Shown here piece by piece: positions 48,346 to 57,454 of a stretch of DNA of 64,000 nt (within the stretch, counting starts at the first letter, position 1; each line of letters starts with the position of its first letter). The stretch is from NCBI GenBank assembly GCA_016235455.1, contig JACRKZ010000008.1, forward strand, positions 1-64,000. Reading direction: 5' to 3'. Below the pieces are notes generated by a model. That model saw only the letters and a program-made list of their open reading frames with translations. It did no database searches and was not told the origin of the DNA. Source of the stretch: Armatimonadota bacterium. GTDB lineage: Bacteria; Armatimonadota; UBA10988. The position numbers and the translations under genes were made by a program.

Positions 48346-49680
48346 CTACTCCGCGTCGTCGGTCTTCCAGTCGTAATGACTGTTGCCGATGTGCTCCTTG
48401 TTCGTGGTGTCGCCACGAGTCACCAGGCGGTAGAGCTTGGCGTCGATCTTGGTGTCGCTGATGACCGTCTTCTCCACCTGCAGGCTGATCTTGCGGCCCG
48501 GCACCGTCTTGCCGTACAGCGTGCAGGTCAGCTCCTTGCCATAGAGCGAGTAGCGCACAAACACCGGGGCGCCGGAGTTGTTCCTGAACTTCATGTCGAA
48601 CTGGCCCCAGGCCACCGTGGCGTCGCGCCCGATGGGCAAGTAGCGCACCGGTCGGCTGTGGGTGCGGTAGGTCACGATCTCCAGCCCGGCGAACAGCGCG
48701 GCGTTGAAGAGCGTGCCGGTGACCTGGCTGACGCCGCCACCCAGGCCCTCGACGATCTTGCCGTTCTCGAAGATGTGCGCCACACGGAAGCCACGCGCCG
48801 CGGTGCGTTCGCCGACGGCTTCGTTCATGGAAAAGGTGATGCCGGCGGGGATCAGCACACCGTCGATGGCCGATGAGGCCAGTTTGACGTTGTGCGTGCG
48901 GTCAACTTCGCCAGGGTTGAGGTTGGTGGTGTAGCGCGCCAGCCGCCCGGTGATGCCCGCGAAGGTGGTAGCCGGCACCGTCTGCGGCGTCTTGGTCACC
49001 ACGACCTGCACGCGCATGGTGGCGGCATCCTTGGCCAGCGCGGCAGCCACCTTGGCGGCCGTGGCGGCGGCGTCGAGCTCGCGCTTCATCTCGCCCGGAT
49101 CCACGCGCACCGTCTCGCCGTCGTCGATGATGCCGGCGTTGCGCCCACCAAAGCTGAACTCCGGCTTGAGCGTGACCAGGTAGGCCGTCAACTCAGGCTG
49201 CTTGACCTTCAGCCGTAGCGGCACCCAGGCGTCGCCCTTGGTCGCGGCCAGCAGCATGGCGTCGAGGTCGAGTTCCACCGACAGGTCCTGCCGCGTGCGC
49301 ACCACGCTCTTCACGCTGTCGGTCAGCGTGACCTCCACATCCAGCTTGGGCAGCAGATCGTTGACCAGCTTGTCGCGCGCGGCCGCCACGGTCAGGCCCG
49401 ACACGTCAACGTCGGACACCTTGACCGTGCCCAGCTTGGTGTCCGGCGACAGCGCCGGCGGCGCCGGCGGTGTCGTGGGCGGGGTGGTGGGCGGCGGCGT
49501 CGTGGGAGTCGACGACGGCGGCGTGGCCGGCTTGGTCGGGTCGGGTGCCTCGCTGGGTTTGGGCGGGGTGGCCTTGCCGGGCGCCGGAGCCGGGGCCGGG
49601 GCCGGCGCCGAGTCGGCGGCACGAACCATGGTGGCCAGTCCGAGCAGCAGGAATAGGACAGCAGTCTTGCGCACGTTCAT
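48346..49680 (-). CDS. VanW family protein with Pro-rich linker
   Basis: RTHNVKLA..IDG..FSMNEAVGERT..GGGVSQVTGTLFNA..HS..GRDATV. Confidence 0.88.
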   Translation of the reverse strand: MNVRKTAVLFLLLGLATMVRAADSAPAPAPAPAPGKATPPKPSEAPDPTKPATPPSSTPTTPPPTTPPTTPPAPPALSPDTKLGTVKVSDVDVSGLTVAAARDKLVNDLLPKLDVEVTLTDSVKSVVRTRQDLSVELDLDAMLLAATKGDAWVPLRLKVKQPELTAYLVTLKPEFSFGGRNAGIIDDGETVRVDPGEMKRELDAAATAAKVAAALAKDAATMRVQVVVTKTPQTVPATTFAGITGRLARYTTNLNPGEVDRTHNVKLASSAIDGVLIPAGITFSMNEAVGERTAARGFRVAHIFENGKIVEGLGGGVSQVTGTLFNAALFAGLEIVTYRTHSRPVRYLPIGRDATVAWGQFDMKFRNNSGAPVFVRYSLYGKELTCTLYGKTVPGRKISLQVEKTVISDTKIDAKLYRLVTRGDTTNKEHIGNSHYDWKTDDAE

Positions 49681-49771
49681 GATTAGGAATCATACAACCA
49701 ACACGCGTGCTGGGTAGTCTCTTTTGTAGCGCGGACGCGCCGATCCATCGCGGCGTGCCGGGAGGCCGATC

Positions 49772-50923
49772 ATGTTGAGAGCGAGTTGCTGTCTGAGCCT
49801 GGTGATCCTGGCCACGCTGACCGGCGCGGCCGAACGGCCCACCGGCCGGCTGGCCTACCTGAAGGACGGTGCCGCCTGGGTGCAGGCGCTCGGCTCGCGC
49901 ACCGTCCGCCTGCCGGCCTCCGAAGGCGCGGTGTGGGTGTCCATGTCGCCCACCGACGGCACTTGCCTCTACACGCAGCCGGCCGCCGAAGACACCATGA
50001 CCGTCGTCGTCAGTCGCCCGCCCTATGCCGTCGCCAAGCCGCTGTTGCCCGCCAAGGGCTCCTATGGTCAGCCCGTATGGACGGCCAACGGACTGCGCGC
50101 CTACCTGGCTGCCGGCGACGCAGCCCTGGCCTATGAGCCGGCGCTCGACCAGGCGATCCTCGTGGCCGCGGCGCCGCTGACCCTCTCCGCCGACGGTGAA
50201 CAGGCAGCCTGGCGCACCGACAAGGCCATCCGCCTGCGCAACACCGGCACCGGCGCCGAGCGCGACCTGTTCGGCATTGGCCGGCCGGAGGCGCTGTTCG
50301 CCTCACTGCGCAGCGCGCGCTACCCCAAGCGCCTGGCCGACCTGACCAAGAGCATCGACGCCGACCTGTGGCACGATGCGAGCAACTGGCAGCTCACCTC
50401 GCCTGCGCTCATGCCCGACGGCAAGCGCCTGTTCTTCGCCACCAACGCCGGCACTAGCGCCGGCGCCGCGGGCAACTGCACCTGGTGCCTGTTCGCCGCC
50501 GACACGGCCGACGGCAAGCTCGCCCCGCTCAGCGGCGTCGGCGCGCAGTATGGCCGCGTGCCTCACTGGCTGGCCGTCTCGCCCGATAGCCGCTATCTGG
50601 CCTACCTCGACTCCTATCACGACTCGGCTCTGAGCAACCCCTGCGGCCTGCACCTCACCGACCTGCTCACCCAGGCCGACCGCGAACTGCTCTGGGCCGG
50701 ACACGACACGGAGAAGGAAGCCTGCGTCAGCGACGAAGCCTGCTGGTCGCCCGACAGCCGTTTCGTGGCGGTATCGGTGGCGTGGTATGAGCCGCGCAAG
50801 CTCATCGAGGCGGAGGCGACCGAGATCCCCGCCGGTCTGTTCAACCTGCTCGTCTACGACGTGGCGACGGGGCGCGCGGTCCTGACGGTGCCTGGCGGGC
50901 GTCAGCCGAGTTGGGGTAAGTAG
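49772..50923 (+). CDS. Secreted TolB-like beta-propeller protein
   Basis: Signal peptide; PD40-like repeats SPTDG, MPDGKRLFF, SPDSRYLAY, WSPDSRFVA, QPSW. Confidence 0.7.
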   Translation: MLRASCCLSLVILATLTGAAERPTGRLAYLKDGAAWVQALGSRTVRLPASEGAVWVSMSPTDGTCLYTQPAAEDTMTVVVSRPPYAVAKPLLPAKGSYGQPVWTANGLRAYLAAGDAALAYEPALDQAILVAAAPLTLSADGEQAAWRTDKAIRLRNTGTGAERDLFGIGRPEALFASLRSARYPKRLADLTKSIDADLWHDASNWQLTSPALMPDGKRLFFATNAGTSAGAAGNCTWCLFAADTADGKLAPLSGVGAQYGRVPHWLAVSPDSRYLAYLDSYHDSALSNPCGLHLTDLLTQADRELLWAGHDTEKEACVSDEACWSPDSRFVAVSVAWYEPRKLIEAEATEIPAGLFNLLVYDVATGRAVLTVPGGRQPSWGK

Positions 50924-50958
50924 CCCGACCGGTGTAGAATCACCCCTCGGAGCACCCC

Positions 50959-52911
50959 TTGGCCTTCGCCTCACCGCCAGTGCCGGTCAACCTGGACCAG
51001 GCCGAGCCGTCGCCGCATCTGGCGCGCGCTTGGGCCTTGCGGGTGATCACGCTGCTGCTGCTCGGCGGGCTTTTTGGCCGTTTGTGGGTGTTGCAGATCG
51101 TGCGCGGCGGGGAGGCCGAGCGGCTCGCGGCGCGGAACCGGGTGCGGCTGGAGCCCACCGTGGCGCCACGCGGCGCCATCTTCGATGGCCGTGGCCAGTT
51201 GCTGGCCACCAACCGGCTCAGCCACCGCATCGCACTGGTCGACCTGAGCGGCGCCCGCGAGGACCGGCGCGCGCGCACTACCTGGATGATCAACGCCGCC
51301 TCGCCGCGCGCGGCCGCCAGCGTCGACATGCCCATGCCCACGGTGGATGAGCAACTGGCCCTGCTGGCCCGGCTGCTGCGACTGACGCCCGACGATGTCG
51401 GCCTGATCCGCACCGAGCTGGCCAGCCGCACGCGGCCGCGGTTCGCGCCGGTCACCGTCATCGACGACGCCGACGCCAAGGCGCTGACGCTGGTGCAGGA
51501 ACGGCTCTGGCAACTGCCGTCGGTGGTCATCGATCCCGTGCCGGCGCGCCGCTATCCCGCCGGCCGGCTCGCCGCCCACGTGGTCGGCTATGTGGGCAGC
51601 ATCTCGCCCAAGGAACTCGATGCGCGCCGCGCTGAGGAGCAGGCCGCCATCGACGCGCTGCGCCTGCGCATCGACAACGCGCGCAACGACCTGCCCAACA
51701 GTCAGCTCAGCCAGCTCGCGGCGCTCAACCGGCAGTTGCAGGTGGCCGAGCGGCTGCGCAACCAGACGGCGCGCACCGTCGGCAAGACCGGCCTGGAGGC
51801 GGCCCACGACACCGAGTTGCAGGGCGAGCCGGGCATCCAGACCTGGCAGGTCAATGCGCGCGGCCTGCCCATCAAGCTGCTCTCCACCTCGCAGGGCGAG
51901 GCCGGCAATGCGCTGTGGCTCAACCTCGACCTGCGCCTGCAGAAGGTTGCCGCGGAGGCCCTGGTCGGCCGACGCGGCTCGGCAGTGGCCATCGACCCGC
52001 GCGACGGCGCGGTCCTGGCCATGGTCAGCAGTCCCGGCTATGACCCCAACGACTTCGTGCCCAAGATCAACAGCGCGCTGTGGCAGAGCATCTTGGACGA
52101 CACGGCGCACCCGATGGAGAACCGTGCGCTGCGCTCAGCCTATCCGCCCGGTTCGACCTTCAAGGGTATCGTCTCCACCGCCGCGGGGTTCAAAGCCGGC
52201 GTCATCAGCGAGCACACCAGCTGCTCGTGCGGCGGTGCGTTGCGCATTGGCGGCCACCTGAAGAAGTGCTGGATGACACACGGCGGCGTCGACCTGCAGA
52301 CCGCCATCGCCCAGTCGTGCGATGTGTTCTTCTACATCGCCGGATTGCGCATGGGCCCGACGCCGATCATCGACATGGCCAAGGGCTTCGGCCTGGGCGA
52401 GCCGACTGGCATCGACCTGCCCGAGGAGCGTGGCGGCAACCTGCCCGACCCCGAGCAGCACAAGCGCCGTTGGCGCCGCGAGTGGTATCCTGGCGACACG
52501 GCCAACCTGGTCATTGGGCAGGGCGATGTCAACTGCACCGCGCTGCACGAGGTGCGGTCACGCGACGGCCAGACCGTGGTCAAGCCGTGGCAGCCGGTGC
52601 GGCGTGGCACGGTGCCCGCGTCGGCCGACGCGCTGCGGCAGATCAAGCAGGGCATGGTGCTGGCCGTGACCCACGGCACCGCGGCGCCCGCGGCCCTGCC
52701 CGGCATCAACGTGGCCGGCAAGACCGGCTCGGCCGAGGTCGGAGGCGACCGCGAGGCGCACGCCTGGTTCTGCTGCTTCGCGCCGGTGGAGAGACCGCGC
52801 GTGGCCGTCGCGGTCATGGTGGAGAACGGCGGGCACGGCAGCGAGGCCGCCGCGCCCATCGCGCGCGCCATGATGAGCACGCTGTTCGAACTCGAAGGGA
52901 AAGCGCCGTGA
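50959..52911 (+). CDS. mrdA: Penicillin-binding protein 2 (class B); start uncertain, apparent internal deletion
   Basis: TM anchor, APRGAIFD, GKTGLE, SxxK (GSTFK), SxD (SCD), KTG (GKTGSAE), HAWF. Confidence 0.85.
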   Translation: MAFASPPVPVNLDQAEPSPHLARAWALRVITLLLLGGLFGRLWVLQIVRGGEAERLAARNRVRLEPTVAPRGAIFDGRGQLLATNRLSHRIALVDLSGAREDRRARTTWMINAASPRAAASVDMPMPTVDEQLALLARLLRLTPDDVGLIRTELASRTRPRFAPVTVIDDADAKALTLVQERLWQLPSVVIDPVPARRYPAGRLAAHVVGYVGSISPKELDARRAEEQAAIDALRLRIDNARNDLPNSQLSQLAALNRQLQVAERLRNQTARTVGKTGLEAAHDTELQGEPGIQTWQVNARGLPIKLLSTSQGEAGNALWLNLDLRLQKVAAEALVGRRGSAVAIDPRDGAVLAMVSSPGYDPNDFVPKINSALWQSILDDTAHPMENRALRSAYPPGSTFKGIVSTAAGFKAGVISEHTSCSCGGALRIGGHLKKCWMTHGGVDLQTAIAQSCDVFFYIAGLRMGPTPIIDMAKGFGLGEPTGIDLPEERGGNLPDPEQHKRRWRREWYPGDTANLVIGQGDVNCTALHEVRSRDGQTVVKPWQPVRRGTVPASADALRQIKQGMVLAVTHGTAAPAALPGINVAGKTGSAEVGGDREAHAWFCCFAPVERPRVAVAVMVENGGHGSEAAAPIARAMMSTLFELEGKAP

Positions 52912-54059
52912 GCCGAGCCTTCCGCCATGCCCAGTCCGAGTCGTTTGCCGGCCACCACGACGCCGCGGCCAAGCTCTTTGCTCAGGCGCGACGCGATGCG
53001 CCCACGCTGCCGCACCTGGCGCTCCAGGAGGCGTTGGCCGAGGCCCGCGCCGGGCGGCCCGACACCGCGCTGCGCATCCTGCGTCGCGCCGACTGCGCGC
53101 AGCCGCCGTACCGCCTTTTCGAGGGCTGGCTGCAGGCCCGCTGCGGCCAGGTAGAGCAGGGGCTCAGCACATTGGCCGCCCTGGTCGCCGAGCAGCCGGG
53201 CAACCGCGTGGCGGCCACGGCCCTGGCCTACTGCCAGTTGCGCGCCGGGCAGGTGGAGCCCGCGCTGACGCTGTTGGCCGACCACGGCGACAACCTCGAA
53301 CTGCTGAGCTGGGCCTGGGCCGAGCTCGAACGCCAGGCGCCATCGTCCACCGCCGGTGACCTGCCGCCGTTGCCGGCCGGCAGCAACTCGCGCCGCGCGG
53401 CGCGCCGCTGGTTCGCCGCGGGGCAGGCCGCGCTGTTCGGGCACGTGCAGTCAGCCTGGCGCCATGCCCTGCTGGCCAGCCGCTGGGCCGCGCCGTTGCA
53501 CCCGTTGCTCCGTGCGCTGGAGGGGCCCTGGCCCACCGACGCACTGGTCGCCTTCCGCCGCGCCGATGCCACCGGGCACGCCCTGCCGCTGCTTAGCTTC
53601 CACCTGGGCGCCGCGCTGTATGACGCCGGCCACTGGGCGACGGCGCTGGCCATGCTGGAACGCGCTGGGAACGAACTGGAAGCCGAACTGGCTCGGCGCC
53701 TGGATCGTGCCAAGCCCGAGCAGCGCGACGCCGAACGCGCGCTGTTCGAGGCCGGTGAGGAGGCCTGCACCGTGCGGCTCTATCGCGCCGCCGCGCTCAC
53801 CGAGCTGGGCCGATGGGATGAAGCCGAGACCGCTCTGGATGAACTGGCGGCCCTGTCCGACGACGAGGAACCCGGCGAGTCCGGCCGCGTGCATGAGTTC
53901 GCCGTGCCCGAGTGGTTCGTCTGTCGCGGTCGCTGCCGGCTGGCTCGAGGCCGGTTCGACGCCGGTCGGGCCGACCTCGAACGCGCTCTGGTCGCCGATC
54001 CCGCGGTGTTCGCCGCTCGGCTGGCCCGCCTGCGCGCCGCCGGGGCTCAGAACCCGTAG
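52908..54059 (+). CDS. TPR-repeat hypothetical protein
   Basis: GTG overlaps the mrdA stop; TPR-like helices 'FHLGAALYDAGHWATALAMLERA' and 'RGRCRLARGRFDAGRADLERAL'. Confidence 0.65.
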   Translation: MSRAFRHAQSESFAGHHDAAAKLFAQARRDAPTLPHLALQEALAEARAGRPDTALRILRRADCAQPPYRLFEGWLQARCGQVEQGLSTLAALVAEQPGNRVAATALAYCQLRAGQVEPALTLLADHGDNLELLSWAWAELERQAPSSTAGDLPPLPAGSNSRRAARRWFAAGQAALFGHVQSAWRHALLASRWAAPLHPLLRALEGPWPTDALVAFRRADATGHALPLLSFHLGAALYDAGHWATALAMLERAGNELEAELARRLDRAKPEQRDAERALFEAGEEACTVRLYRAAALTELGRWDEAETALDELAALSDDEEPGESGRVHEFAVPEWFVCRGRCRLARGRFDAGRADLERALVADPAVFAARLARLRAAGAQNP

Positions 54060-54862
54060 AGCGCGGCGATCTGGTAGCCCAGTTCGGGCGCCAGCATGAC
54101 CGCTAGCGCGCCCAAGACGAGGAACGGACCGAAGGGGATGGGGTCACGCCGGCTCATGCGGCCCGACGCCAGCAGCAGTCCGCCGATCACCGCGCCGGCC
54201 ATGATGCTGATCAGGAAGAATGCCGCAAACTGCCGGCCAGGGCCGATGAGCGCCCCGACGCCCGCCGCCAGCAACACATCGCCGCCGCCCATGGCCTCCT
54301 GCCCGAACCACCAGCGGCCCACGCGCACAATGGCCTCGAAGGCCGACCAACCCACCACCGCGCCAAGGAGCGCGAGCTTGAGGCTGGGCAGGCCCGGCGC
54401 CGGTAGCCACGGGAAGGCATGGACCAGGGCTGCGGCGCCCAGGCCCGCGACGAGCAGAGTCTGGTTGAGCGCGTTGGGGATGATCTTGTAGCGCAGGTCG
54501 GTGCCGGTGCCGGCCACCATGGCCGCGGTAGCGACGAAGTAGGCGATGGTGGTCACCGTGGCGCCCCAGCGCCAGAACACGGCCAGGTAGGCCACCCCCA
54601 CCAGCGCCTCCACCCACGAATACTGCATGCTGAGCGCCACGCCGCAGTAGCGGCAGCGGCGACCGGCGAGTAACAGGCTCAGCATCGGGATGAGGTCGCG
54701 CGGCGCCAGCTCGGTGCCACAGCAAAAGCAATGGCTGCCGGGGGAGACAACGGACTTCTCCCTCGGCAGCCGATAGATGAGCACGTTGACGAAGCTGCCG
54801 ACACAGCAACCGAGCAGTAGCGACCCGATGGCCAGGACCACACGCGTCGGCTCGATCGGCAT
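54047..54862 (-). CDS. pilD: Prepilin peptidase (A24)
   Basis: GSFVNVLIYRLP, SHCFCC, RCRYC, TDL..IIP, MGGGD, PFGPFL. Confidence 0.93.
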   Translation of the reverse strand: MPIEPTRVVLAIGSLLLGCCVGSFVNVLIYRLPREKSVVSPGSHCFCCGTELAPRDLIPMLSLLLAGRRCRYCGVALSMQYSWVEALVGVAYLAVFWRWGATVTTIAYFVATAAMVAGTGTDLRYKIIPNALNQTLLVAGLGAAALVHAFPWLPAPGLPSLKLALLGAVVGWSAFEAIVRVGRWWFGQEAMGGGDVLLAAGVGALIGPGRQFAAFFLISIMAGAVIGGLLLASGRMSRRDPIPFGPFLVLGALAVMLAPELGYQIAALYGF

Positions 54863-54878
54863 CCTCTCTTCCCGCGCC

Positions 54879-56162
54879 TTACTGGCTCAAACTGTCGATG
54901 ATCGCCACGAGCGGCAGGAACATCGAGATGACGATGAAGCCGACGATGAGGCCCAGGATAACGATCATGATCGGTTCCAGGGCCGCGGTCAGCGATTCCA
55001 GCGCCGCTTCGACTTCACCTTCGTAGAACTCGGCGATCTTCTCGAGCATCTGGTCGAGCGCGCCCGTCTCTTCGCCGATGGCCACCATCTGCACGACCAT
55101 GGGCGGGAACCAGCCACTCGCCTCCAACGGCTTGGCGATGACCTCACCTTCACGGATGGCCGCACGAGCATTCATGATGGCCGTGGAGATGATGTCGTTG
55201 TCCACCGTGCCGGCGGTCGTCTCCAGCGCGCCCAGCACCGGCACGCCGGACCCGAGCATGGTGGAGAGCGTCCGCGCGAAGCGGCTGAGCGAGATCTTCA
55301 GGCCGAGGATGCCAAAGACCGGCACCTTGAGGCGGATCCAGTCCCAGATGCGGCGACCGGACTTGGTCCTCTTCCACTTCTGGAAGAGCATCCAAATACC
55401 GAAACAAATGGGCCACGTAACCCAGAACTTCTTGATCATCCAGTTGACCATGAACTCCGAGGTGTTCTTGAGGAACAGGGTCGGCGCCGGGAAGTCCTTG
55501 ACGCCGAGGTCGGTGAACAACTGGATGAACTTGGGCAGGATGAAGGTCATCAGGAAGGTCACGATGCCGAACGCCACGATCAAGACCAGGACCGGGTAGG
55601 TCATGGATGACTTGATCTTGCGACGCAGCTCGATGTCCTTTTCGAGGAACCCAGCCAGGCGGTCGAGGGTTTCGTCGAGCACACCGCCGACCTCACCCGC
55701 GCGCACCAGACCGACGAACAGGTTGTTGAACGCCCTGGGGTGCCGCAGCAGCGCCTTGGACAAGGCCTCGCCCGCCTCGACCTGCGCCTGAAGGTCACGG
55801 ATGATGTCCTTGAGCTTGTAGCTGGCCGCCTGCTGCTCGAGCACCGTCAGACAGCGGATCAGACTCACGCCGGCATTCATCATGGTGGAGAACTGGCGGC
55901 AGAAGAGCGCCAGGTCCTTCATCTTGACCTTGCCGAAGTTGCCGACCCGCCGGCGCTTCTTCTCCTTTTCGGTCGCCGGACCCTTGACGCCCTTGGCCTT
56001 GGCCACCTTCGCCGCGGCGCGACCCGTCAACACCTTGACCTCGGTCGGGAAGTAACCCTGGGCCGAGAGCCGCTGCCGCAGGACCTTCTCGTCCTCAGCT
56101 TCGGTCGTGCCCTGGGTGATCTTGCCCGACTGGGTCTTGGCCGTGTACTGGAATACTGGCAT
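54879..56162 (-). CDS. pilC: Type IV pilus platform protein (T2SS F family)
   Basis: FCRQFSTMMNAG, AGEVGGVLD, MTYP, GEETGALD, LEP. Confidence 0.93.
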   Translation of the reverse strand: MPVFQYTAKTQSGKITQGTTEAEDEKVLRQRLSAQGYFPTEVKVLTGRAAAKVAKAKGVKGPATEKEKKRRRVGNFGKVKMKDLALFCRQFSTMMNAGVSLIRCLTVLEQQAASYKLKDIIRDLQAQVEAGEALSKALLRHPRAFNNLFVGLVRAGEVGGVLDETLDRLAGFLEKDIELRRKIKSSMTYPVLVLIVAFGIVTFLMTFILPKFIQLFTDLGVKDFPAPTLFLKNTSEFMVNWMIKKFWVTWPICFGIWMLFQKWKRTKSGRRIWDWIRLKVPVFGILGLKISLSRFARTLSTMLGSGVPVLGALETTAGTVDNDIISTAIMNARAAIREGEVIAKPLEASGWFPPMVVQMVAIGEETGALDQMLEKIAEFYEGEVEAALESLTAALEPIMIVILGLIVGFIVISMFLPLVAIIDSLSQ

Positions 56163-56217
56163 CGCCTTCTCCCCAGGTCGCTCTCAGCTCAGGTGGCTCA
56201 AACATGGCCCCGGACGA

Positions 56218-57369
56218 TCAGCGTCGCTGTGTCGGGCGCCCACCACCGGCGGCGCCACCTTCCCCATCTTCGCCGAAAATGAGCTTCTTGAGCTCTTCCT
56301 GGTTGACCGCCTTCTTCATGGCGTCTTCGTAGGAGATCATACCCCGCGTATAGCAGTCGCTAAGCGCCTGATCCATGGTCTGCATGCCGATTTGCTTGCT
56401 GGTCTGGATGACCGAGGTCATCTGGTGGGCCTTGGCCTCACGGATCAGGTTGCGGATGGCCGAATTGCAGATCATGATCTCTTGGACACAAACGCGGCCC
56501 GACTGGCCGGCGCGCGGCAGCAACTGCTGCGAGATGACCGCCACCAGGTTGTTGGCCAACTGCACGCGGATCTGTTCCTGCTGGTCGGCGGGGAACTGGT
56601 CGACCATACGGTCCACGGTCTCCGCAGCGGTGTTGGTGTGCAGTGTGGCGAACACCAGGTGGCCCGTTTCCGCGGTGGTGATGGCGATACCCGTGGTTTC
56701 CAGGTCGCGCATCTCACCGACCAGGATGACGTCGGGGTCCTCGCGCAGGGCTGAGCGTAGCGCCTTGGCGAAGCTGTGGGTGTCGGTCCCCACCTCGCGC
56801 TGATGGAGCACTGACTTCTTGTGGGTGTGCAGATACTCGATCGGGTCCTCGATGGTGAGGATATGCACACCGCGCGTGGCGTTGATCTCGTTGATCATGG
56901 AGGCCAGCGTGGTCGACTTGCCCGAACCGGTCGGACCGGTCACCAGCACCAGCCCGCGCGGGCGGTTGATGAACTCACGTAGCACAGCCGGCTGCTTGAG
57001 GTCCTCCATGGTGGGGATGCGCGAGGGAATGGTACGGAAGGCGGCGGCGGCGCACATCTTCTCCTTGTACACATTCACGCGGAAGCGGGACACGCGCTGC
57101 AGCGAGTAGGAGAAGTCCAGCTCCCACTCGTTCTCATAGCGCTGGATCTGCTCATCGCTGAGGATGTCATAGCAGATGCGCTGCGCCACGGGCGGGGTGA
57201 ACTGCGTGTAAGGCAGCGGCTGGAGCTCGCCGTCGACCCGGATGATCGGCGGCAGACCCACAGCCACATGCAAGTCGGTACCACCGGCATCGACGCACTG
57301 GCGGAGCAGGTCGTCGATATGCGCATCCTCGATGGGCATCGCGCCTTTGCGCGGAACAGGCGTCTCCAT
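56218..57369 (-). CDS. pilT: Type IV pilus retraction ATPase
   Basis: GPTGSGKSTT, TIEDPIE, LREDPDVILVGEMRD, AETGHLV, AIRNLIRE. Confidence 0.95.
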   Translation of the reverse strand: METPVPRKGAMPIEDAHIDDLLRQCVDAGGTDLHVAVGLPPIIRVDGELQPLPYTQFTPPVAQRICYDILSDEQIQRYENEWELDFSYSLQRVSRFRVNVYKEKMCAAAAFRTIPSRIPTMEDLKQPAVLREFINRPRGLVLVTGPTGSGKSTTLASMINEINATRGVHILTIEDPIEYLHTHKKSVLHQREVGTDTHSFAKALRSALREDPDVILVGEMRDLETTGIAITTAETGHLVFATLHTNTAAETVDRMVDQFPADQQEQIRVQLANNLVAVISQQLLPRAGQSGRVCVQEIMICNSAIRNLIREAKAHQMTSVIQTSKQIGMQTMDQALSDCYTRGMISYEDAMKKAVNQEELKKLIFGEDGEGGAAGGGRPTQRR

Positions 57370-57454
57370 CCGGCACTATCCTCCGAACCGCGGCCGGCGC
57401 CCGCTGGCGCCGACCTCGAACTAGCTGTGACACCGACTCGCCCTAGCGGCGAAC

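Noticed and set aside
49450-49620. Low-complexity GC repeats in vanW and at the HEAT protein C-terminus
   Set aside because: They are explained by Pro/Ala/Thr-rich protein linkers.
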